This document shows positions 1 through 11,117 of a stretch of 64,000 nucleotides of DNA, piece after piece. How positions within the stretch are numbered: position 1 is the stretch's first letter; each line of letters opens with the position of its first letter. The translations under genes were made by a program, and so were the position numbers. The notes under the pieces were generated by a model. That model was not told where the DNA came from and searched no databases. It saw only the letters and a program-made list of their open reading frames with translations. This DNA is from Neoechinorhynchus agilis (Eukaryota > Animalia > Acanthocephala), in the NCBI GenBank assembly GCA_051530055.1, contig CM121342.1, positions 13,097,480-13,161,479 of the forward strand, written 5' to 3'.

Positions 1-514
1 GATGCATCCAATCAAATTGCAAACATTAAGCGAAAAAAATTCATCCGAGATTATAAGAAAAAACGCGACAATATGTAGTCCGAGTTATCTATGAAGTAAC
101 TAAAATCGACATTCAACTGTTTTCAGACCCGAAATTTCTATGGTATTATTCAAATGTTAAGCCACTATTGACCGTCTGCGCGATATCGTCTTAGCGATTT
201 AATATTGCCCTGAAGAACGGAAATGCAGTCGAAAGTACGCACTTGCAAACTGTCACAAAGATTGATTGTGGCAGAATGGCATGAGACGAGGTGTCAAACA
301 AGAGTGGAAATTCCTTCTGTATTCAATGTTTCTTAAAATTCCAATTTTCGAACTGCGCGTGAATCTCTGGACGAAAGTAGATGGGATCGATCAGAAAGTT
401 AAGACATTGCATTTGTAGGAGTCATGTTTTCAGCAGGGAAATACAAGCCCTCATGTGAAGCAAGACATCAAATGAAGCGTTTTGTCGATCCTCCGTCATA
501 ATTTAAAATTTCAG

Positions 515-1793
515 ATGAACGACGAGGTAGTGGTGGAGGCCCGCATCTTCGTCTGCGACCTCATCCTTTCAAGTCTAACTCAGTCTCGGAATCTTTCATT
601 GGCCCAGACTTGTAAGCATCAGATGCGATTGGTTCTTGGATGGGGAAAATGTCATGGGAAGAACCATAGCGAGTAGACATCTTTTGATATCGCTGCTTGA
701 CGAAATAGTAGATGCGAACACATTCACTAGTTTTGTCTATAATACGCTCCACTATAAACCAACGACAAGAGATTTGGCATCAAGCATGAGGAATTTGTTT
801 ATGGCAGCTGGATCCCGCCACGTTGAATTCATCGATAAAGCCATTATTGATGCATCCACGTGTGGGCGGATTGGGAGGGAAATTGTAGAGCAGCTTGTGT
901 CAACGGTGAATATTATGCCAGCGGAGCGACGGTCGATTCCATCCAATCGATTGATGTCTCACGAACTGTTCGAATCGATCTTTGAATCAACAGACGTTGA
1001 ATCACTTGATGAAAAAGCTCCAGCTTCAGTCAATCTGCCAGTGAATGAATCATGTTCACTGGGCAGCAAACAGCCTACAGTACAACTGCCGTCTTCAACG
1101 AGTCCCTTGTGTTATCCATTCAGCGCCCCGCCGCCGATAAACGACACAACTACCCAAGAAACAAATAAAACTAGTTCCATCAAGAAACATCTTCGGTGGC
1201 TAATTGATCAAAATCAATTTAGTCTAAAAATCGAAAATGGCGCATTGGAGGCGATAGAGAATGAAGTGAACGCGTTTATTCGTCGGAGCATTAATGGTGC
1301 CTATAGGAATGCACTGGACCGCACTGATTATGAAATGGAGCAGAACTCGTCGTATCCGGAACTGAGTAGGACCGACGTACTCATTTACTGCGAAAGTCGA
1401 CAAAAACGCCGAAATCACGACCAACGACAGTTCGGATCAACGATCAGTTTTAGCGAAATATCAAGAAAACACACAAAGCAATGTGAACAGCATAAAAAGG
1501 ACGCACTGACACGTAAAGCAACGGACGCTCTCGCAATGGCGGAGATCGCCAAAAGCTACGCTTTGCGACCTAAATACAATCCTGCAGCTAATTTCGCTGA
1601 ACAATCTCAAGATAGTCAGAGTGATATTGCGTTCGAGAACCAATCGGTTGATGAGAATCCAGTTTCGATTCTACGCATTCATATGAACGCTGATGATCTA
1701 ATTGAGTATTATTCTCATGGAGCGAAGAATGTCGCCATAAATATTCCTGGAATGGATGCCATAATTGCAAGATTTAAGGAAAGGTCTAAGTGA
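515..1793 (+). CDS. TAF4: TAF4-like TFIID subunit (TAFH domain + histone fold), 2 exons
   Basis: Exon 1 515-611 (MNDEVVVEARIFVCDLILSSLTQSRNLSLAQT) joins ORF 636-1793 through a phase-compatible GT-AG intron at 612-669. This gives a TAFH-like segment (RHLLISLLDEIVDANTFTSFVYNTLH), a histone-fold-like segment (IKKHLRWLIDQNQF...AFIRRSING), RKATDALAMA (cf. RDANLTALAA) and IHMNADDLIEY (cf. TRVNLRDLIF). Confidence 0.7.
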
Positions 1794-2289
1794 GTTAGTG
1801 AGTTAAATTCGTAATCGAACCCCGGCTTAAATGTGTGCCAAAATGGTTGATGCACCTCCCAGAATACAGTTGCAGGGAAATCGACTTAGGATTAAGAAAC
1901 GGCTCAAGTATTTTCGGGTTGTAACAAACGGTTGCCAACCTCTTACACAATAAGTTTTAAATTTAAGGGTTATTTTCAACCAGAAGCTCTTGTGCAGTTC
2001 GCATTATTTAGAAATCGAAACTTCATTGTAAAGATATAATAACTTCGTATTCCCTTCCACAATAGACAGAAGAGAATTCTGAAATCTGTTAGGATCGACT
2101 CATCTCTCGAGGGGAGGACTTTGAAAGAAAAATTCTAGACATATTATAATCCGATGAATAGAGCTTACACGGTCTTATAAATCGTGAATACAAACGCAAC
2201 ATTTTGGCGATCTTCATTTCCTAACGTGGAAACCATTTTCCTATCCCCAGACAACACTCGTCGAAAACTCATTCTAAAACGCAGACGTG

Positions 2290-2460
2290 TCAAGAGTCAG
2301 GCGTGGATGTGCTGCCATTTATGGCTTGATGTGGCGTTGTGCATTCGGAGCAAACATGGGTTCAGAGACTCATTTGCATTGACTTTTTTTAGAGAAGTAG
2401 ATCATTAGAGTTTTAACGTTAAACGGAGGAGGAACGCTGCATCCGTCCTTCAGCATCTGA
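2290..2460 (+). mobile_element. Decayed 3' tail fragment of a CRE-clade non-LTR retroelement
   Basis: Encodes ...RRRNAASVL, matching the QRGNAASV C-terminal motif seen in the other CRE tails in this window. Confidence 0.4.
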
Positions 2461-2925
2461 TTTATCCAGAGCCGTTTCGTGAATGTTTATATACTCTTTT
2501 TGTTGAACAAAAAAGAATTACCTTTTTGAAAAAAGAACGGAAATTCGCCTATATGTTAACTAAACCGAAACCAGCTATAGTTCGCAGTATGGACCCAGAG
2601 GAGAATCAGAGATGTCACAGATAAAGCATTTCGAAAGCACATCTTCGGTCCACATGCTCGAAAATTGAAGGCGACGACAATAATAATGAATGTGATCGTC
2701 TATAATGAAATTTGCTGTCAGCAGAATTTAGTAGTCGTTTACGCTACCAAATGCTCTTCAAAATATTTCTCCGGTTGACTCGCCAAAGTTCTTTTTTACT
2801 TTTAAAAACCACTACAAATCCAGAAATGTTTTGGATTATTATCTTCGGCGAAAAGATACTTTCTTTTTCTCAGTTTTGCCACCCCGGATTTAAATTCACT
2901 AATTTATTTCCGATGTCATCTGAAA

Positions 2926-3196
2926 CACAAACATTATAGCGTTATCCTCTGGACTGGCTATTATTTGGCAACATGTTCGTCAAACCCTTGTTTCTGGACT
3001 CATTGTCCACTAGGACCTCTGAGCTAGGGCACCACTGCCTTTTGAATGGTAATTTTAAACTGACTTTATTACCTTCCATCGGTTGGACTGAGCAGCCTAT
3101 TTGAGGTTCTAGTGAGCAACGAGTCCACGAACTGGAATTTTACATACATGTTGCCCGATAAGAACCAGTCCAGAGGATAACGCTATAATGTTTGTG
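2926..3196. repeat. Nested fold-back (two pairs of inverted arms)
   Basis: Outer arms 2926-2976 / 3146-3196 and inner arms 2996-3019 / 3103-3126 are reverse complements with few mismatches. Confidence 0.9.
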
Positions 3197-3550
3197 CCTT
3201 AGGTGGTAAACCTTGAGGAAATGTCGGGATTATCCGAGAAGTGAAATATCGTGGAAATAAATTAGTGAATTTTTGAATCCAAGGGGTGGAAAAACTAAGA
3301 AAAATCCATAAATGAGTTTAAATGGCGTGCTGAAAAAAATCCGAGTGCTTTCTTTACGAAATACGCAAAAGACAGTTTTGAATGAAGGTTAGGTACTCTA
3401 TGAACATAGAGAGAGAGCCAACTGTCATTTGAGAAATGTGCGACAACCTTTTCAAAAATAACGACTGATAGACGGAAAATTCCATGAAAATCGAGAACCT
3501 CACGGCACCAATAACGCTAACGAAAGAATAATGATTATTGCCATATATCA

Positions 3551-3764
3551 TGTCACCGGTGTTATCAATACTCATTTATTTATTTTCGAGATATTTCACA
3601 AGGTTTTCCTTGCCTCTTCAGTCGCTATCTAAAATGGATCCAGACATGACCTGCCGTGCTTGCTGTCTATATCGTCTCCATTTTGGATAGCGACTGAAGA
3701 GGCAAGGAAAACCTTGTGGAATATTTCTCAAATAAATAAATAAGTATCGATAACACCGGGGACA
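3551..3764. repeat. Fold-back element with ~88-bp arms, each carrying a hammerhead core
   Basis: Arms 3551-3638 and 3677-3764 are near-perfect reverse complements. Confidence 0.92.
3587..3624 (-). ncRNA. Minimal type-I hammerhead ribozyme core
   Basis: Minus strand reads CGA-CTGAAGA-G-GCAAGG-AAAA-CCTTGT-GAAA-TAT-C-TCG: stem I CGA/TCG, 6-bp stem II, palindromic ATAT stem III, AUC triplet. Confidence 0.7.
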
Positions 3765-4145
3765 GGATTCGCCAACGTAAAATAACGATTATTCACAACG
3801 TTCGCAAATATATGGAAAAAGGCGACAATTCAAATTTTATTGCGCAAAATAGTCGGTTGCGATGCTTCAATCAAGCTGACGGCAGATAAATGTCATTTTT
3901 TAGGTTCAGAATCATTGTGTAAACGACCGAAACTACGATCTACAACTGTCGTAGAGCTCAATATACAAGGTTTAATTCCAAACAGAGCGAAAGAATCAAG
4001 CAAACCATATTTTTCGAAATTTAAGATCCCAATTCGTATAAGATTAAAATGACCGTCTTCTTCCCTCATTTGGATCTTGTGCAATTTAACGCGAAATGAC
4101 GGTCAAAAAATATAATAGAATCTGTTAGAATGCTACGGAAGAATC

Positions 4146-4345
4146 ATGCAGTTCTCATTTGGCGTCGATATACTCAAGTCGTTCGGTACTGCCTCGCATG
4201 ACTTGGTCCCAGGAATTGTCCAAACGATTGAGACGAGAGGGCAAGAACATTCCTCCTATAAAACCTGGCCAACGTGGGAACGCTGCATCCGTCATTTCGA
4301 CCATTACACCAAAACGGCAGCTGAGTGATTCAAGGCGGTGGTGAT
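4146..4345 (+). mobile_element. Decayed 3' tail of a CRE-clade retroelement (RLE C-terminus)
   Basis: FGVDILKSFG...(frameshift)...GQRGNAASVISTI; closely similar to 50910-51115. Confidence 0.65.
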
Positions 4346-4406
4346 GTAAATGTTGGTAAGATTTGGTGAAGACTTTCCCTACTAAAGGTTCCAGATTAAA
4401 TTCTAA

Positions 4407-5018
4407 ATGTCTGAACGGAAAGTGCTTAACAAGTACTACCCGCCGGATTTCGATCCGTCAAAGCTTCCGCGTGTGAAGCGGTCCAAGAACCATCAGTTCA
4501 CAATCCGTGTAATGGCACCGTGTAACATGCGATGCCGTACTTGTGGAGAATACATTTACAAGGGAAAAAAGTTCAACGCAAGAAAAGAGGACGTCCTGGG
4601 TGATACTTACCTTGGTATGCAGATTTATCGATTCTACATCAAATGTACAAAATGCTTGGCTGAAATTACCTTTAAAACTGATTTTGAAAGCACGGACTAT
4701 GAGTTAGAGCACGGAGCTATAAGAATGTTTGAATCAATTAGGTTGGCTGAGAAGAAGGTGGCTGAAGAGGCAGAACGTAAGAAGAATGAGGAAATCAATA
4801 ATCCAATGATGATTCTTGAGAATCGCACTAAAGATTCTCAGCGAGAAATCGCAAACCTTGAAGAACTGGAGGATCTACAGCACGCGAATGCGAAGTATGC
4901 AAAGGTGAACCTCGACGCACTCGCGGATTACGAGAAAGAGTTCAAGAAACAGCTCGAGAAACTTCAAGAGGAAGAAGATGAACTCGAAATTAGAAAGTAC
5001 TTTCCGAAGAAATGTTAG
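4407..5018 (+). CDS. YJU2: Splicing factor YJU2/CCDC94
   Basis: [65 protein letters not shown] further 3' exon is possible. Confidence 0.92.
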   Translation: MSERKVLNKYYPPDFDPSKLPRVKRSKNHQFTIRVMAPCNMRCRTCGEYIYKGKKFNARKEDVLGDTYLGMQIYRFYIKCTKCLAEITFKTDFESTDYELEHGAIRMFESIRLAEKKVAEEAERKKNEEINNPMMILENRTKDSQREIANLEELEDLQHANAKYAKVNLDALADYEKEFKKQLEKLQEEEDELEIRKYFPKKC

Positions 5019-5340
5019 TTCTCTTTGTAAACATTACGGCTTTAGTAAAAAAATTCACATGTTTTTTGACGGAACCGTAGAGAAATGCACATAGTAAATT
5101 TTTTGCCTGAAAATGCTAACCCGTTTGTTCCAAGTCCGAAACTCGATCTCATGGCATTAACCAGCTTTGAAATCGCGAACTTTATACACGTTTGGTGTTT
5201 ACCTTCATAAATCGCTGCCCCAAGCTGCTTCTCGCCAAACAGTGATTGCTTAAAAAGTTCTTAACTCAGCTAGCTCAACATTTCGTTCATGCTTCAAATC
5301 CGCATTTTCATAACTTTTTCGTCACTCTCTCTCCAATTAT

Positions 5341-5603
5341 AGATCAATTCAAAAGCTTTAATGGTAACAAAACATAAGCCCTACGCTCGGTTAAGAAGAG
5401 ATAAAGCTAAGCGCATCGAGAAAGAAGTCAATGGAGTTCGAAAGGAAATTTGCGAATTGCAACACAAATACACTTCACTTGTTCGAGAATTCAAAATGAT
5501 CCGGGACTTGTACGATGCTTACGGTGTCCGTGTACCTCGAAATGTCTTATTGGAGAAAGTCAAAGGTTTCATAGATTCCGGCGAGGTCTCAGAAAAACTG
5601 TGA
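5341..5603 (+). CDS. C/EBP-like bZIP exon with a degenerate basic region
   Basis: RRDKAK followed by heptads (EICELQHKYTSLVREFKMIRDLY), resembling C/EBP SRDKAK...LQKKVEQLSRELSTLRNLF. Confidence 0.45.
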
Positions 5604-5650
5604 TTATCTCTTCAAAAATAAATCATTAACAGAAAATCCTTCGGGATGAT

Positions 5651-5777
5651 GGGGATGTGTTTATCACCAGATAGCAAACATATTTTGAATTGAGATATTA
5701 CGCATGGTGAGACTAGGCTTCCTCGCGAAACATCTCAATTCAAAATATGTTTTCTATCCGGAGATCATCGCATCCCC
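5651..5777. repeat. Fold-back whose apex is a hammerhead stem-II remnant
   Basis: AAACATATTTTGAATTGAGAT (5676-5696) pairs with ATCTCAATTCAAAATATGTTT (5732-5752). The apex contains GTGAG/CTCGC followed by GAAA-CAT-C-TCA. Confidence 0.75.
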
Positions 5778-5968
5778 AACTCTGCCAAAAATAAATGTGC
5801 GCCTCTAGAAAACGATTTAAAATCTTTAAATCATATTCTTCTAACATACTTTTTCAATTAAGTGTCGGAACATCCTTTACACGGCTGATTATTTTCCTTG
5901 GGCACACAGTCCACCGATATCTTGCATGAGAGAAGTGATTGAATCATTTAGATTCTGATACATATTTA

Positions 5969-6116
5969 TTTTTAGTGACGAGAAAGTCGGTCTTCGTCAA
6001 GCTGCTTCTAAATTTTTTTGTGCTGAAAAAACTTACAAGCAACCTGAAAAAGTCCGACCAAACGGACGAAATATTGAGAACAATAAATCAATATCTATTT
6101 TTCTCATCACGAAAAA
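5969..6116. repeat. Asymmetric fold-back with a hammerhead-like core at 6044-6075 (+)
   Basis: CTGAAAA-A-GTCCG-ACCAAA-CGGAC-GAAA-TAT-T. The tail AATAAATCAATATCTATTTTT is shared with 44518-44649. Confidence 0.7.
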
Positions 6117-6155
6117 AATACATATATGTGAACAACTTCTTTTTTCTGATATATT

Positions 6156-6228
6156 CGGTAATGCGTTTTGTACATCCCCCGGATTTTCAGATACCTCCTG
6201 AGGAGGCGGGGCCTTATTATTGAGTTTC
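6156..6228 (-). mobile_element. Degenerate 3' part of the tRNA-headed HHR element family
   Basis: Minus strand GAAACTCA-ATAATAA-GGCCCCGCCTCC-TCA-GGAGGTATCTGAAAATCCGGGGGATGTACAAAAC aligns with 36005-36070. Confidence 0.75.
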
Positions 6229-6229
6229 T

Positions 6230-6314
6230 TGGACAGTTCCGGACATCAGCTCGTCAAAACTCCAGAACTGCTCGACAAATGGGATCGCTACTTTAAACCC
6301 CACTTCACATTTCC
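6230..6314 (+). pseudogene. Possible degenerate 7SL (SRP RNA) fragment
   Basis: GTCAAAACTCC-(16 nt)-TGGGATCGC...CCACTTCAC matches the metazoan SRP RNA segment GTCAAAACTCC-(15 nt)-TGGGATCGC...CCACTGCAC as recalled from human 7SL. Confidence 0.4.
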
Positions 6315-7393
6315 ATTCGCTTTTGTAGATTCCCGGAGAAGCCGTAAGACAGCGAAAGCTCGAAAATAAAGATTACCATTATAACAGCCCGCCCAAGTGT
6401 CTATCATCGAGAGCAAAACTTGATCAATCATGCGGCTCGAAAATCAAGTAGTATTTCACATATGAAATGGGTTTGGTTCGTCATGTTTGCCTTGCTCATT
6501 TGTTATTGAGCGATCAACTATCTTGTAGTTTGCTATCCGAAGGTCTAAGTGAACAATCAATCTTTTGTTTGTGATCCACATTTCCTTGTGTTCATATAAT
6601 GATGACGCTTTTACTTAAAATTTTTTAGAACACTGGACACATCGGCATTCATCGAAATATAAGAAGATATGGATTTAAATTTCGTAAAATTAACCTTTCA
6701 CATTACTATAAATAAGCTTTCCTTTGAACATAAAGGTACGCTGGATACGCGAGGAAAAACATTGGGTTATAACGAGTTCACAAAAATGGTCAATTGGCCT
6801 CGTTTTTACTGAGATTTGGCTCTCGTTTACCACGCTGTGAGCTTTCAAGATCTGAAAACTCAGATCAGGTACTCAACACACTAAAAATTGCAATCATTTT
6901 ACGCTTTTTGCGACGACGATATGTTTACTCATGAATTCACAACTTAACCGATGCGTAATATTTGTGCTAACTATTGCGCTCTGGCCGATTTCATTGATGT
7001 GCCAAATTCAAGGCCTCCGGATTATCCGGATGAAAATATGGATATTGTTAGTAAGGATATGGAGGCTCTGGTATCTCCTGTAGATCACGGTAGCTATGTT
7101 CTGTTGGAGAACGTCATTTGTCCTTCTAATTCTTTTCCTATCTCCTTGCCCTCTAATCTCAAAGAGCGTTTGCTCCATGATCTGGAGCTAGGATCAAATT
7201 CAGAATTCCTGGATAAGGGCGCCAGTCTTACCGGACATCCTTCTCAGTCGACATCTACAAGTGCTCCAGCGGCTTATTCAGCCTACCCTTCCAAACAAGC
7301 TATGTATTAGCTAATAATCACTCCTTGGGTGCAATCGTTCAACAATTATGGAATAAAACGTATAGATCGAATTACATATTACGTTGATACAAT

Positions 7394-10300
7394 GTGGTTT
7401 TTGTCACTAATCATGAATGGTTGGTTCACCTGACCAAATTCACCCGATCCATACTATCAAATGCTACTTATACAATCTCTTCTTCAGCAGGACATGTCCG
7501 AGATGATTTATGTCCCCGACGCTCTTGTGCTTTCAATTGCTTTGGAATTAAATTTTCGCAAAAGTCGAACTGCGAACAATACGAATTTATCTTTCCACGC
7601 AGTGATATCTGTCAAATGCGGTGCCCAAATCCTCGAAATAGACGTTGTGCCAATTGTCAAGGACAGCATGCAGCATTTTTCAAAGGATGCCCAGAATTTA
7701 AAAATACTAAGCTTGGTTCAATAAGAGAAAAAGTACTTCTCCTCGTCAATCCATCACAGTAACTCATCATTCTGCTCCCGTCTCGGTACCCTCTCGATCT
7801 GCAAACTAGTTTACTAAGATATTCGTCGCAAACTACTTAAACAGTTAATTTGTTACACTTGAACATTCGGATCATCGTTCGGAGAAAATCTATAACTGTC
7901 TTCTTACATTAATGCAATCTCGCATCACAGAAGCTATAGTAACCTTCAAAAAGAAAATAAGCTCATTTATTTCGAAGGTCATCAATCTTCTTGATATACT
8001 CCAATCAGTTATGACAGAGATCTAACTCATTTGAATACCCTTGCGATAATGTCAATGATATCATTGAAGATCAATCCTCTCATATCAACTCCGGTGTTGC
8101 GTTCCTTATTCGTGGCTCAAAATCGAAGATCAGGAAAATCTCCAAGAAGCCCCAGTAGGTTCGAAGTTCTGCATAAGCTCCAATAAGCTTAAGTAATGGT
8201 AGAGAGTTTTGGCTTGTTGCCGTGGGATTGTGGCGGGGCGACCAATCTCTCCGATATTACGCGTCTTATTCCTGGAATCTCTATTTTTTATTCCAAGAAT
8301 CGAAAAGTCACAATTTTAAACTCACTACTTCATTTTAACTCTTCCGATTACGTTCCTTAATAACAGATCCTTTCAGCCCCAATTCTCAGGGTCTCATCTG
8401 GGGTTTTCGTAATTCTTTTAATCCTAACTTAAATCTCGTTCGTATCAAATTAATTGTCTTATTCCCTTTTTAAATTTTTATTCAATTATCGACAATTCAC
8501 TATTGTTAATCTGTATATTCGACCTGGTTTTGTCCATCGTCCTCAAGTTGAGGAGATTTTAAAGGGGCGTCTTAAACCAAGCATTGACTTTATTGTTGGT
8601 GACTTTAATGACCCTTCATTGAAATGGGCCAAAGCCACAGTCAAGACGGTTGAACCCCTTTATGATCTTTCTCTGTCTTCATCTCCTACTTATCATAATA
8701 TAACTAAGGATGTCCATTCTTTTTTAGACATTATTATCCTCAAGACTAGCCTTAATTTACTACCTCAAGTTGACCGGCAAGTATTCCTTTTTCACTTAGC
8801 TGGTCATGATACTTTTAACCTGGCCCATCGGACGTATGGACATTTTACTCTGAGTTCCGTATTTATCTCCCCTGAACGTTTTCTCTTCCGATCAATAAGC
8901 CAAAATCTTTTATCCAGTAATTTTTTTGTCAATCCTATTTATGCACGGCCTTAAATCAATAATGTCATTAGCACAACGTCTAATTTATTTCTTTATTAGC
9001 ATATAAAGCATTCTTATGAGTGGTTCAGGCGGTTGTCGTTTTATAGATATGTTTTATTTTTTCCATAAAGGCCGAATGGACACACGGTCCACCGATTTGG
9101 GTCTGGGAAGCGCTGGTCTGCGCTTCCGCCTCTTGGAGGTATCGGAGAATCCGGAGGGATGTACAAACTTATAACCGTACGGTCTTGGGGCATTGAGCGC
9201 AGACCAGCGCTTCCCAGACCGAAATCGGTGGACCGTGTGTCCATTCGGCCGTGTATAGAAAAAATAAAACACATCTATAAACAGCCTATAAAGGTTTCTC
9301 TAATCTTTATGAAAGTAGTTCCTTCCGTTTTCTTGGCAAACACTCTGGCGATGCACTTCTTGTAAAGTGCTTTCTCGGCAGTTCTGGACAGTTCGTGGTC
9401 CACAACAGCTTAAATCTGCGGCTGCTCCTTTAAAATATCTTACTCCATTTTCTTCAAAATGGTAGCTTACTTGTTCTAACAAAAATTTTATTAGCTAGAG
9501 ATCTAAGCTTTCGGTTTGGTTAAAAGACCCTACCTAAGACAATATACTTTCGTCTATCTTTGATTTCCACTCCTCATCCTGTGTTAAAGGCTCCAGATCA
9601 TTCTATAGTTTTCCGCAGATTATGTATAAACCGTTCTGGTCCTACTATAGGCAATATCTTGAAAGTTTGGGCGTTCGATCCCAAAACATCTTCGTCTTAT
9701 AGCTTTTCTGGTACCAAAATTTTTAACCTGCTCTCGCATGAATGCACCCTTTAGATTGCGAAATTGATGCTTATATCTTCTTACGCTTGGAGATATATTT
9801 ATATTTCCCGTCGTATCTTTCTTGTTAAGAATGGGAAGAAATCTATTAAGGTTCCGTGTTACCTTCGTCCGATCTCCCTACAAAACCTTTATGATCGTGG
9901 TCTTGGTCTCCGCCTCAATCTCTTTATCACAGAACATAACTGTATTTCTAATAACTATTATGGTTTTATTAAACATAAATCAGTTGATCCAACTCTGGCT
10001 GATATATATGCTAGTTTTTGCAACAACTCATCTCCCCTGCGTGCTATTTTAGCACTTGATTTAGTTCAGGCTTTTGACAAAATTGCGTTACATTTAAATA
10101 TCAAAATTCTCGAATTTTTAGCGTTCCCCGCAATTTAATCGCGTGAATTTACAATATTATTTTTTCGAAGTCCTAATATTATGAGGACGACACTACTAAA
10201 TCATTATTTTATCCTCTAAATGGCGTTCCGCAAGGCTCTCAGCTTTCCCCTATTTTATTTTTGCTAGCCTCCCAATATATTGTACAAAATTTTCATGTTT

Positions 10301-10760
10301 GCGCCTCTCTCACCAGCTATGCAGACGACATCACTTTTGTGATTACTGCTCATCGAGTTGACAAATTGAAAATTTTGATTAATCAATGTGTGAATTATCT
10401 TAATACTGTTTTCCTCCTATGAATCTCACCTTAAATCTAGACAAAATTAAATGCATTTTCAAAGTCCGCTCGTGTTGGCTTCGAAGGTCTCTTAAACTCT
10501 TTTTTAACACCCTCATGTCCTGTAATAATCCTCACCCTACGATCAATGGTAATACCCCGACTAAGCTTCGCATACTCGGGCATAACTTTAATGTAAACCT
10601 GTCTCTCAAAATGGACATCAATCAAATGACGAAACTTTTGAAAACAGTCAAATCTAAGGCTTTTCCTGCTAATAAGCTCGGTTTAGCTCTTAAATGTATT
10701 CTTTCTGTTTGAAAAACTAGCGCTACCTCCAGTCTTGTTTTTTACCGAACATAAAACGCT
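7394..10760 (+). mobile_element. Decayed APE-type LINE (I/Jockey-like): gag knuckle, endonuclease, RT
   Basis: CANCQGQHAAFFKGCP knuckle (~7660); IVGDFN and FLDIII endonuclease motifs (8590-8740); RT motifs RPISL, ALDLVQAFDKI, GVPQGSQLSPILF (~10220), YADDI (~10320). Many stops and frameshifts. Confidence 0.85.
9041..9280. repeat. Fold-back (~84-bp arms) inserted in the LINE; loop is a piece of the HHR-element tail
   Basis: Arms 9041-9124 / 9196-9280. The loop CCGCCTCTTGGAGGTATCGGAGAATCCGGAGGGATGTACAAACTTATAACCG matches the reverse complement of 36005-36050. Confidence 0.9.
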
Positions 10761-11117
10761 GTTCTTCGATGAATTTTTCAAGCATATCAACTCTCTACCT
10801 TCTGCCTGTGCTGGTGAGCTTAGAAATTTCTGCTTACAAAGGTTCTACAAATGGATTAATTAACTTTTGTTCTACTATTTTACTTGGATAACAATTTCTT
10901 ATTCCTCATAGCGTTTTATCCAGAATTAAATCTTCCTCTTATTGAATTTACAACTGGCCGATTTCATTCTAAAACTCGAACAACTGGTGTTTGATAACTC
11001 GCGTAAAAAGCACTCATATCAATACAGCGTCCGTCCTCTAAAAGTAGTAGTGCTTTTGCGGATTCTTCTACATCGTTTAATAATTTCTCTACAATCTCGC
11101 TTATAGATTTTTTAGAT

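Noticed and set aside
205-245. CTGAAGA...GAAA hammerhead-like motif
   Set aside because: Stem II is at most 2 bp, the palindrome is broken (AGTACG) and there is no UH triplet; at best a fossil.
4290-4325. A-box-like TGGTGTAATGG on the minus strand (also ~51070) suggesting a tRNA/SINE
   Set aside because: No B box, and the plus strand encodes the CRE RLE C-terminal motif QRGNAASV.
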